DNA of 62,930 bases, filler included, from Licmophora abbreviata (taxonomy: Eukaryota), in NCBI GenBank assembly GCA_900291995.1. It is 9 parts of 9 records of this genome, joined end to end, with 100 filler letters (N's around TTAATTAATTAA, not from the genome) between each part and the next. Parts side by side here need not be neighbours in the genome. Positions count along the whole stretch, not along the records: positions 1 to 26,432 come from OLMU01004639.1; 8 more parts are not named here. One strand, 5' to 3'. Position numbers and translations under genes: made by a program. Of this stretch, positions 11,952 through 22,482 are shown in pieces (the stretch's first letter is position 1; each line of letters opens with the position of its first letter). The notes under the pieces are model-generated. The model saw only the letters and a program-made list of their open reading frames with translations, did not search any database and was not told the DNA's origin.

Positions 11952-14855
11952 ATGAAGATAATGATGACACGCGCTCTTGCTTTTGCGAGGGTTCGATCTT
12001 CTCGTATGATACAGAGTCAGGTCGCAGTTCGATACAATAAGAAAGACCGTCATTCTATCTCATGCATGACGATGCCCAAGTCCAACAAGAAAACTAAGAA
12101 GTCCTTGTGGAAGCACCTGACCTTCCGGCGTTCTTCGCGACTCAAAGGGAATCCGGGCAGTCATGTCGAGGAGGTTCAGACTCCCAACGACGGGGCCTCG
12201 GTGCAAGCCGAGCGCGGAACGCCTCCGCACTTTCCCATCGATGAGACTCTCCCTTTCGAGAGAGTCTCAAAGTCGCCTTCTATACTAGACTCAGACGTCG
12301 TGCTGCAAACACCTGAAACCAAAGGAGAGACTCGTCTTATTCCTCAAGACCGTACCTCCAACGACGCCAAAGCCACCACTGGCTACTCCTCATCACCCGC
12401 CGTGGACGACGACGACGAGCCTCTCATTGCCAGTCTGCCCGCATCACCCCCACGCGAAGTCACCGAATTGTCTACTGCATCCAGTGATAACGAGTGCACC
12501 ACGCCTCGCTCCGACCCAGACACTTTGCTCCTCGCGGCCGTGCAAGAGACGCCTCCTGCCTTCTCTCCCGCACCTCTGCTGGTGTCGGCCAAGAGACTCG
12601 CGAGCGAAGTGCGAAGGAGCCACTCGAACAAGCGTCGCAAGCGATACTTGCAGCCGAAGGCGGGAGGAGACACGGCAAGCAAGGAGAATCATTGGAACGG
12701 TTTGTCGGAGTGGACGTGTACCAGCAGTGATGACAGTGACGAGTCCCGGCGGAGTAGCAGTCTGGACAGTGATAGCGGCAACGAGGAGGATGACGCTTTG
12801 CGCAATGCGACGGGCCTGGAAGATTTCTGGAGACTGTGCTACGGAGAGGAAGCGCCTTCGATGGCCAGTTGGTCCGCCAGGCGAGTCCCGCCGGCCAAGT
12901 CATGGTGAGTGACAGCTTGGGACGTCTGAACCGACTTTCTCTAAACGATGTTCTACTGGCTCATATTCTTTCCGTACGTCGTATCACAGTCTTTCTTCAA
13001 AAAAGAAGTCGCGACCGAGCATCATGGAGACTCCCGTGAACAGCCACGCGACGCCCGATCGAGTCACTGGTCTTTTCACAGCCACGCCACCTGCGATGCC
13101 ATTAAAGACTCCGTCACCTTCTCCACCTGATGGCATCGCGGGATATGAACAAAGCGACGAGCACAATCATCACAAAACCGTCCACTTTGGAGGAACTCTT
13201 GCGACGGCTGAGTACGACACCCAAGGGCCGCCCCAAGAGCTTACACCTCTCCCCGAGAAGCGGCTCAGTCAAGAGTTCAGGCCACCGAACGAGCAAGACG
13301 AAGCGCTCCTGGCGGAGACCAAGCACAATACGGCCACCCTAGCCGCATGGGATTCATTTGAAGAAAGTGACGACGATGATGAAGATATCGGTACTGCCAA
13401 GGATGACTTCCAATCTTCGACGTCGTTGGAGAGTGGGTTGCTTTCGCAAAGACAGCCGCGTCGTCCCAGCAAGGCACGCCGCCAGAGTGGCATATTTGCG
13501 TCGCCCAAGGACAGAGCTTTGTTTCTTCCGAACGAAGATGAGGAATGCATCGAAGAGCAAGTAGTTGCCGACATGGAATCGCTCGCGGTGGACTCGCCAC
13601 CGGCTCGCGCGGCCGTATCGCGGCGGCAATACGGAGAGTCGCATGTAAGTTGTGTTGTAAACAAAGGTACCCTCGTCGATGAGAGGCTTTTGCAATGCTG
13701 ACTCGTCTGTTACTCTCTGTACATTTCGCTAGGTAGGACCATGCGGATAGCCTCGACCAGCCTCTCGTGCCTCTCTTGCGCTGTCTTGCTGGTCCGCAGG
13801 AAGCGCCAAGTTCGGAATCATGGCTCGACACGCTCGAGATCCCTCCGATCGTTGCCCGACAACTCGACAAATATTTATCCAGAGCCTGTCGATCGATACC
13901 CAAAAAAGTACGCACCGCTCGCCGGACCTGCTGCGCATCACGTCGCCGAGCTTAAGTGGGAACTACTGCAGTTGTCGTGTGTCCAGAGCATGGGAGATTG
14001 CCTCTTGAAAGATTTGAAGCCCCGCCTTGCGAGCGCCACTCGGAAAATGAAAAAGAAAGTCCGCAAAGTGCAATCACTGACAGAAAGGGCCAATGTGGCG
14101 GAGGCGGCTGTCCGTGTGCTGGAACGTGAAGTCGAAAAAGCACGAAATGCACGCGACGCCGTCTCGACCCAAAAGATCGGATCCAGAGCTGTGCGGAGTG
14201 CATGCCCTCTGTCGAGAACCGCGCACAGTCGAGAGTCATGCCCTTCCATATCAATCAAGCGTCAGAAACGATGGAGCTTTGCTTCTCGCTCCCTCGCATC
14301 GACGCCAACGTAACGGTTCAGGTCTGCTCAGGTTCCATTCAATGTGCACTCGATTCAAACTCAAGCCATGGAGTTGACTCAACAGCTCGTGACTTGCTAC
14401 TTGCTCTCCTGTGCCAAGATGAAAATGTACTTCGCCCCTCCGTTCAGAGCTGCATCGATAAGCAGTGTGAGTTTCGTTTCGCAGTGGCCGCCATGTCGCA
14501 AGCCTTGGGTCGGATGGAGATGGCTGCATGTGATTTGATGACTCTGACTGAGACTCAGAAGCAAGTCAAAGTGGAGCGCGTCTCGTCGGGAGTGGTGGCC
14601 GTGGAAGTCACTCTCACCGACCCGCTCCGCGTGGTATTTGGTTACGACTGTACCCGCGACGCGCAGCTCTTGCCAATTCCTTCCACCGTGACCGTCTTTC
14701 GCGGGGATAGCAACGACGAGGTTGTGACCGTTCAAGAGCAAGTCCGGAAACTCTTCGAACTGTACGCTCGCCAAATTCCCTCGAAGTTCTGCATGTCTGT
14801 TCTGCACGATGTCTGCACCTTTGTGACGGACCGTGTACGCGAAAGCGATGAATGA
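11952..14855 (+). CDS. Putative KNL1/Spc7-like kinetochore scaffold; multi-exon, with apparent single-base frameshifts
   Basis: Disordered S/P/D-rich N-terminus. Intron 12905-12989 creates KSCLSS (SILK-like), followed by KTVHF (RVxF PP1-docking motif). Second intron starts at 13645. A predicted coiled coil (about 13950-14170) is followed by a globular C-terminus (14202-14855). Frame changes occur at A-runs near 13902-13907 and 14171-14174. Start codon uncertain. Confidence 0.45.
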
Positions 14856-15012
14856 ACACCTGTCACGGATGGCGTATTGGTACGAAGGAAGCTCGTCTTG
14901 GATGAGACTGTGACACACAACTACATTAGCTAGTAGACACATAGACAACAGATACTATCGACGATTCGTTCACTCTAGATTCGTAGACAGCTTCTCTCCA
15001 TCCGCGTTGCCT

Positions 15013-16230
15013 CTATATGTAGATCTTGGCCACGGCATCATTGAATCCCTCCAGAAGTTTTCCAACGCCCAAATCTGGCAAGGTCCCGCTGTAGTCCTTG
15101 GGAGTGGTGCTATCGGAAACCTTCGAGTACACAAAGACCTTACCATCCTGATCTCGTGATATCCGAATCGAATCTGACAGATACGTCGTTTCAAACACGG
15201 GCCTTGGGTTGGTGTAATCCGGTACGCTACGTTCCAGAAAGGAGCCCAGGTCCCTCGAACGGAGCTGGAGGCCCTGATCCAGGAGAGTTCTCAGCAAGGG
15301 TAGATTCGATCCCTTGATTTCCACAGTGTCCATGAAAATCTCCCAGCCATTGCCCATTGAGGTGATGTCTGCCGAACTGACAATGGCACCCTCGATTGTC
15401 AACTGTGGTTGGAAAAAGAAACGATAGAGTGAGAAATTAATTACAAAGCCACTCTTTTGCAACCACACAGTCGCAACTATGAAAAAACTTGAACTTACAG
15501 GCAACCCTCCCGAGTACGAGAATGGCGTGAGGTCGGATAGAAATGGCACCGCCCCGACCTTGACTTGAAACTCGGAGACCAAGCGCGTCTCGGAAATGAC
15601 GTGTCGAACAGGTCCAATGGTACTAATGGCAAGAGCCGCACGATGCATATCACAAAACCAATCGTACTGTTCCGCTTGTTGTGCTGTGGCACAAACAGCC
15701 CGCCCTGCCATGAAGAAGGGTGAGGATCGGAACAATTGTGTATTGGAATAGAGTAGCTCCCAGGTTCCTTGGATTTTGGGAGACTCTGCGTAGTTGGTAC
15801 TGCTGGTAGCATCTTCCAGTGTCGAAATGCATGCCATGGCATCTTCTTTCTGAGACTCGGTTGCATATTCACCACGACCCGTCGCAGCTGCAATGCACAG
15901 GAGTTTCGTCAGTGCCTCCTCTTTTTTCTTTGTGTCATCGGCAGAGGGTGCAGTGGACGATTCGGCAGACGTCGTCGAAGTACTGTCTTCTGGGAGTGGC
16001 TCGCCTTCTATCAGAGTGTTCGAGTCAGCCGTCGTCGTCCTATTCAAGGTACTCTTCGATTCCGATTCCTCCATAGAAGATGTCGATGCGGCTCTCATTC
16101 TAACAAACGACAAGGAATCTGATGGGATGACTCTCACTCTACCAGAGAGCATCCCACCAAAGCCGTGGGCGACCATGACGGCCGAGGACGACGACGAGAT
16201 CAGGAGCGTCGTAGCAACCGAAACCTTCAT
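15013..16230 (-). CDS. PAP/fibrillin family protein, plastid-targeted; in-frame 96-nt intron 15498-15403
   Basis: Motifs ATGRGE..ISTLE, IQGTWELLYSN, FETTYLSDSIRISRDQDGKVFVY. Presequence ...VAHG-FGG. The stop-free GTAAGT...CAG intron is translated through in the ORF track. Confidence 0.85.
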   Translation of the reverse strand: MKVSVATTLLISSSSSAVMVAHGFGGMLSGRVRVIPSDSLSFVRMRAASTSSMEESESKSTLNRTTTADSNTLIEGEPLPEDSTSTTSAESSTAPSADDTKKKEEALTKLLCIAAATGRGEYATESQKEDAMACISTLEDATSSTNYAESPKIQGTWELLYSNTQLFRSSPFFMAGRAVCATAQQAEQYDWFCDMHRAALAISTIGPVRHVISETRLVSEFQVKVGAVPFLSDLTPFSYSGGLPVSSSFFIVATVWLQKSGFVINFSLYRFFFQPQLTIEGAIVSSADITSMGNGWEIFMDTVEIKGSNLPLLRTLLDQGLQLRSRDLGSFLERSVPDYTNPRPVFETTYLSDSIRISRDQDGKVFVYSKVSDSTTPKDYSGTLPDLGVGKLLEGFNDAVAKIYI

Positions 16231-16577
16231 AGTGCGGGCTTGTCTTGTGTGGTGCAAGGACTAACAACAACAGCAACGTACACGCTCAACAGACCTGCCT
16301 GCCTTTCTAGCATCCTCATTGTGACAACGAGTCGAAACGCCACGTCATGGTGTGTGTAATGTTTGGCGCGCAGAACGCGGTTCCAATGGATGGATCGACG
16401 AGGTTTGGTGGAGCGCGCACCTCGTGTGTTTTTTGTTTTTTGGTCGTCCGCATTGGCACCCCCATTCATTCATCATAGTGTACATCAGAGTCTAGGATCT
16501 ACTCGAATACCATATCGTAGTACTCAGTAGACCTCTAGTCTACCACCTGCAAGTCTACTTTTCACTCGTAGTATACC

Positions 16578-17611
16578 ATGACGACGCCCGAGAGAAAGCC
16601 GACTTCTGCTGCCGCGGACGTGACTCGCCGCATGGTCTGCGGTGGCGTAGCGGGCATGATTGCCAAGACAGCCACAAATCCGCTCGACCGCATTCGCATG
16701 TTGTCCCAGACGGGCGAACACGGTCATCGCAATACTAAGGAATCGCTCACCGCCACTCAGCTCTACAGACGCATCCTTCAGAACGAAGGTGTACGAGGGC
16801 TCTGGGCAGGGAATGGGAGTAATCTTCTTCGGGTCTTTCCGTCCAAGGCGGTGATCTTCAGCAGCAATGATGTTTACAAGACCTTCTTGCGTCGAATGGC
16901 TGGGATCGACGAGCGAGCGCCGCTCCCAGGAGGACTGGCCTTTCTAGCGGGTGGAATGTCTGGCATGTCTGCTTCTCTACTGACCTACCCATTGGACTTG
17001 GCGAGAGGAAGAATTACGGGAAAACTCGCCACTTCCAACAATTCCAAGGACTATCACGGCATACTGCGGACTCTCGCCCTTACAGTCAAGGATGAGTCCT
17101 TCCTAGCTCTTTACAAAGGTCTATTCCCCACCTTGCTTGGTGCCATGCCCTACGAAGGCATCAAGTTTGGAACGGTTGGAATACTGGAGACACTCTTCCC
17201 GGTGCCGGACCAAGAGTCAAGGACTCCCCTACGGAAAATGATGTTTGGTGGCATGGGAGGAGTCATGGCGGGCTTGATTACCTACCCAAACGATACTGTC
17301 CGACGAATGATGCAGCTGCAAGGGAGTCGAGGGACTGAAGCAGTATACACGGGCTACTGGTAAGTCTCTTCTTCAGTGTGAGTGACTCAGTCCACCTGGA
17401 ACGACGGCTCTCCCGAACTAACGAGTTTGGCCTTGCACTATCTTCTGTTCATATCATCCTTAGGGATTGCGCTCGAAAAATCTACGCCCAGCATGGCATG
17501 CGACGATTCTACAATGGACTCACCATCAACATTATACGAATGGCTCCCAACACGGCAGTACAGTTTGGTTCCTATGAACTCTTGAAGCAGTTGACGGCAG
17601 ATATGTTTTAG
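16578..17611 (+). CDS. Mitochondrial carrier (SLC25), CoA/Graves disease carrier-like subfamily; intron 17360-17463
   Basis: Three Px[D/E]xx[K/R] repeats (PLDRIR, PLDLAR, PNDTVRR), plus GLWAGNGSNLLRVFP and MPYEGIKF. Confidence 0.9.
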
Positions 17612-17705
17612 AGAATACGCTTCATGACAGTATTACTACTTCTGATAGTTTGTCATGCAATCGTCCTTCTTCAACAACCGAATTCTAGACGATCTCTATT
17701 TCTAA

Positions 17706-19627
17706 TCAAACCTGCTTGTTGAGAACTTTCGAGTTGAGATACTGACGAGTAGCGAACCACCCTGTTGCTGTCAACAGCACACCAGCACCGGTCTGCATGG
17801 CCACATCCATGTCTCCCGTCCAATCAGCAAGGGCTCCCATTCCAGTGGCTCCTAACCCAAAGCCTACGTCGCCGGCAGTACGTAACAAGGCAATCGCCTG
17901 CGCTCTCTTTTCCTCATCGACTGTATCCGAAATGTACGCCACGGGCGCTGTGGACAACATGGACGACCCTGTTGCCCAGACACCGAGCGTCCCGGCCAAC
18001 TGATACATGTCAGAACAGAATGGCAACAGTGCCATGGAGGTCGAAATAAGACAGCACCCGCCGACGATTGCAGGTCCCTTGCCGACGCTGTCAACAACCT
18101 TGGCCAATATTGGATTCCCAAAGACCTGCACTGCGCTCATGCCCATGTAGACTTGTCCCAAGCCAGTCGCCGTCAATGCGAGGCCCTGTGGGTCTGTCAA
18201 CATCAATGGCAGGAGAGTCATTTGCGATCCCGCCAATGCAACCCAGTAGAATCCATTCATAATGACGACATTTCGAACGCGGCCATCTGACATGAGCGGT
18301 CTCCATTGCGACACGGCATCCTTGACTGCCTCCATGATTCCTTGATCTCCACGGTTTTCTTGTATTCTCTCTTGTTGCTGCCAAGGAAAGGTCAAGTGTG
18401 CCGGTTTGGTTTCCGTCAAGAGCAAGTGATTCACTCCTGTCAATACAAAGTACGAGGCACCCACAATAAAAAAGGTCGGATTGACTCCCACATAATCGGC
18501 CAAATAGCCTCCCACTCCCGGACCTAGTGCTGTCCCTGCCGCAAATGCACTCATAATGGGGGCCATGGTGCTTGCTCTATTCCGCGGGGTACCAATGTCC
18601 GCAATCGTCATGGTGGCAGCTGTACTAAGGGCGGCAACTCCCATGCCTGTTAGTAATCGACACACCCAGAGATGCTCAAACTGTGTGGCCAAGCCGATAC
18701 CTCCGACACCCAAGGCAATTATGGAAAGAGAATAAACCAAGTACGGCTTGCGGCCATGGCGTTCCACCAGAATGGCGGAAGGCACATTGCCTGCCATTTT
18801 GGCAAGCGCAAAGGCACTGACCACCATTCCGTACTGTCCGGATGAAAGCCCCAAGTTCTGCACCACGTAGGGCATCACTGGCGTAATGATTCCAATCGAT
18901 GAGCTGGAGTCGGGATAAGAAGAGTAAAGTTAGTCGATGCACCCTCTTCTCAGCACATGTAAGATGTTGTGGCTTACCCTATACACAGCATGGAAACTGC
19001 AACGGGCAGTGTGCGACCCACGTCCAACGCAGTGGCCTTGTCAATGATTCGCTGTATGAATTCGTCTTTGGTAAGTACCATTTGTTCGTCACGGTCGGTA
19101 GAAGCCGACAGAGTCTTCAAGAGTCCGAGAGCCTGTTTGGAAGCGTAGTCTCTCCGATGTTGGTCGGTCGCCTGTGCATCATCGTATTTGGACGGCAGTC
19201 CGTTCTCTTGTTCCATTATCCGAATCCGTTCCAGTAAAAAGTCTCGGACATGGTTTTGATCAATGGTACTGGTATCATTAAAGGCGGCTTCTTCAGGGTC
19301 TACTTCGTGGCAGTGTTCAAGCTCGTCTCTGAGTTCCAATTGATTCTCAGATACAGTAGGACGACTGTCTCGAATTTCGTCAAAGATCTGTTCGAGTTCT
19401 TCGTTCGAAAACGATTTGAGATGCAAGAGTCTGTATAGCAGAGGAGGATCCATTGGACGAATATTCTTGGTCTTGAAGGAAGGCTCCTTCTCCTCCGAAG
19501 AGGGAGACAACGACGCGTCCGTACTAGCCCAACATCGACCACGCAAACTACGAATTGGTGTCGCGCCTAGTCTTCTGAAAAGTCCACACCGAGACGATGC
19601 GAACCGGATCGAGGCAGAGGCTAGCAT
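17706..19627 (-). CDS. Major facilitator superfamily transporter with N-terminal mitochondrial-type presequence and soluble domain; intron 18977-18904
   Basis: MFS motifs VERHGRK, CRLLTGMG, ALGPGVGGYL, VVDSVGK, ALLRTAGDVG and many hydrophobic helices. The GTAAGC...CAG intron joins ORFs 18974-19627 and 17706-18878. Confidence 0.85.
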
Positions 19628-20060
19628 TGAGTCACTGTGAGAGAACTACGACAGCAGGGTTGTCCAATATCCTCGAGAAGGAGGGTGATGATGTGAGATG
19701 CGGATGATTGTCCTATGTTAGAATGAGTTGGTCTCGCGGTGCGTTTTCACTTTCTTTTTTCTCTTTTTGTCTCTTGCCGCGACTTTGCTTTCGCCACTGT
19801 GACCAGCGACAGACAGACTGTGGTAGAATTCAGTCCGTCCGTCGCACGAACGAATGAAATATAGTATTCGGACACGAGGAAAACATAGAACGTTCCAAAA
19901 ATGGAAAACACGTGCACCGCACAAAATTGAAAATGGAAGATCGTCACTTTTCTCGTCGGGCATCATTGGCTTTCGCACACACTGTAGTTAGTCTCCCCAC
20001 TGGATCACCCACTCTCTCCAGTTTCAGTCGACCACACCACACGACACCATAACATCAATA

Positions 20061-21191
20061 ATGAGCAAGTTTGAAGGTGAGATCATGTACGCCGTTCCCT
20101 TGAGGAGAATTTCTTGATCCCCATGAACGCTTTGTCTCAAAATCAGTGGTCTTTCCCTTTTTATATTTTCTGCAGGCATCCTCATGGGCATGGGCAATCC
20201 CCTCCTGGACATTTCGGCCGTTGTCGAACAGGACATGCTAGACAAGTACGACGTCAAGCTCGACTCCGCCATTCTCGCCGAGGACAAGCACCAGCCCATT
20301 TACAAGGAGCTCGTGGAAAAATTCTCCCCTTCCTTCATTGCCGGAGGCGCCACTCAAAACTCGATTCGCGTCGCCCAGTGGATGCTCAAGGACAAACCCA
20401 ACCAGACTGCATTCATGGGGTGCGTTGGAAACGACGACTATGGAAAAGAGCTTCAGGACTGCGCCTCCAAGGATGGCGTTCTCGTTCACTACATGAAGGA
20501 TCCCGAGGCGCCCACGGGAACCTGCGCTGCCCTCATCAAGGGCGGCGAACGCGCGCTCATTGCCAACTTGGCGGCAGCCAACAACTTCAAACCGGCTCAC
20601 CTGGAAACAGACAAGGCCAAGGAAATTATCGACTCTGCCAAGTTCTACTACATTGCTGGCTTCTTTTTGACTGTCTCGGTCGAGAGTTTGGTGCAGGTTG
20701 CAGAACACGCTGTGGCCAACAACAAGGTCTTCTGTTTGAACTTGTCAGCCCCCTTTATCGTCGACTTCTTCGGTGACCAGATGGCGACTGCACTTCCCTA
20801 TGCTGATTTCCTGTTTGGGAACGAGAGTGAGGCTGCTGCCTTTGCCAAGAAGCATGACTTGGGCGAAGACCTCAAGGAAGTTGCGTTGAAGGTTGCTGCG
20901 ATGGAGAAGAAGAACACTTCCACTCCTCGTACGGTCGTCTTTACGCAGGGATCCAAGTCTACCATTGTTGCCTACAATGGAAGTGTGACAGAATACGCTG
21001 TGGAGGAGATTCCGGCTGAACTGTTGGTGGATACGAATGGAGCCGGAGATGCCTTCGTCGGTGGCTTCTTGTCGCAACTCGTTCAGGGCAAGCCGACGGA
21101 GGACTGTGTCAAGGCAGGTCACTGGGGTGCGCGATACATTATCCAGACGTCGGGAACGACCTTGGCGGCAGAATGTGATTACAAGCCATAG
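20061..21191 (+). CDS. ADK: Adenosine kinase (PfkB family); exons 20061-20076, 20176-21191
   Basis: Motifs GMGNPLLDISA, AGGATQNSIRVAQW, NLSAPFI, FGNESEA, VDTNGAGDAFVGGF. A short first exon MSKFE|G is joined by a GT-AG intron. Confidence 0.95.
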
Positions 21192-21531
21192 AGAGGCTAT
21201 CTGGTGAGAATTCGAGTCACAACACGATTGTGAATGATTCTGCTGCTTGCAGTTAACCTTAGACATTCATCAAGATGTGTCTACAGCTTCGAATGTACGG
21301 TGTATTGGTGTCCACAGTCGGTTTCAGTCACCATCTCCTCGTCGTGGAGCGATCGTTAGCGTTTCATCGTATAGGTTCCAACTTGAAACTCCCCGGATCA
21401 CCCTTCCCTCCACTCTCCGGTCGGACATCGTAGTCGACTACTTCGACTTCAATTCTCGTCACGAGAAAGTTTAAAGTGCGTTGATCCGTTTCACTCTCGT
21501 TCTCGTCATACCGAGCCCTGCCATCGATACG

Positions 21532-22355
21532 ATGCGTCTCCTGTCAGTTGTGATCTTCCTGCTAGCTTCCTCGGTCTCAGGAGCCTTTGCTCCTTTGCCT
21601 GTCCAGCGGACGACGACGACGTTCCGGTTGCAATCGGCCGTGGAGAGTGACTATGATACGGCGATTTCAAACGACAAGCAGATCTTGAATCGCGCTGCCC
21701 AGACAAAGGCAGAGGACCCTCAGGAGGTCATTGACGCCCTGCAAGATTTGGAAAAAAAGATGAGGTAAGTCTTTCATAACGTAAAGTGAGACGTACTTCA
21801 CTATGGAACGACCAGAATTGGAAACTCATGGCCCCTCGGCTCGTCTCGTGCCCGTACTCTTGTAGGCAAAAGTGCAAAGCGGAACCCGAAGCGGCAAAAG
21901 ATATGCTACAGAACTTGAATGGTGATTGGAGACTTGTGTTCACGACTGGGACGGCCGACACTCAGAAGAGGACGGGTACCATTAACTACTTTCCAATCAA
22001 AGCTGTCCAGAGTTTCGATACGACGCAGGACCCCATGCGCATCAGCAACGGCATTTGGCTATTTGAGTGGAATGTCGTCAAGTTCTTTGGCACCTTCGAT
22101 TTCGATCTCCGAAAGCGTAAGCTGGAGTTCGACTTTGATGAACTCTCCATCTTTGGAGTAAGAATTAACCTCGATAAGGGCCAAGCGGCTAAGATTGGTG
22201 CATCCAGTGGCTTGGGCAGCGAGGGGAACGTCGAGAATGCCAAGAGAGACCGACAGGCCTTCTTCAATTGGATCAGTGCCGACGAAACTATTGCTACAGC
22301 ACGGGGCGGGGGCGGTGGATTGGCATTGTGGAAACGCACGACGCCAGATGAGTAA
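21532..22355 (+). CDS. PAP/fibrillin-like plastid protein; intron 21765-21865
   Basis: Canonical diatom presequence SVSGA-FAP. Motifs LNGDWRLVFTTG and ATARGGGGGLALWKR. Confidence 0.75.
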
Positions 22356-22482
22356 GACGAAACAGTCAATCACCCCAGAACCTCCAAGCTGACCACACAC
22401 TGGTCACAGTTAACATATCACGCTAGCTTTAAACTTGCTTCGTGCCTTGATCGCTCCTTGCCGTTTCAGAGCTACGCTATGA

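Noticed and set aside
14168..14175. Programmed -1 ribosomal frameshift site
   Set aside because: C_CAA_AAG in the coding frame is not a canonical X_XXY_YYZ heptamer, I saw no clear downstream structure, and homopolymer discordance is evident elsewhere in the assembly.
15403..15498. Hydrophobic insert in the fibrillin ORF that looks like a TM helix
   Set aside because: It is a stop-free 96-nt GTAAGT...CAG intron.
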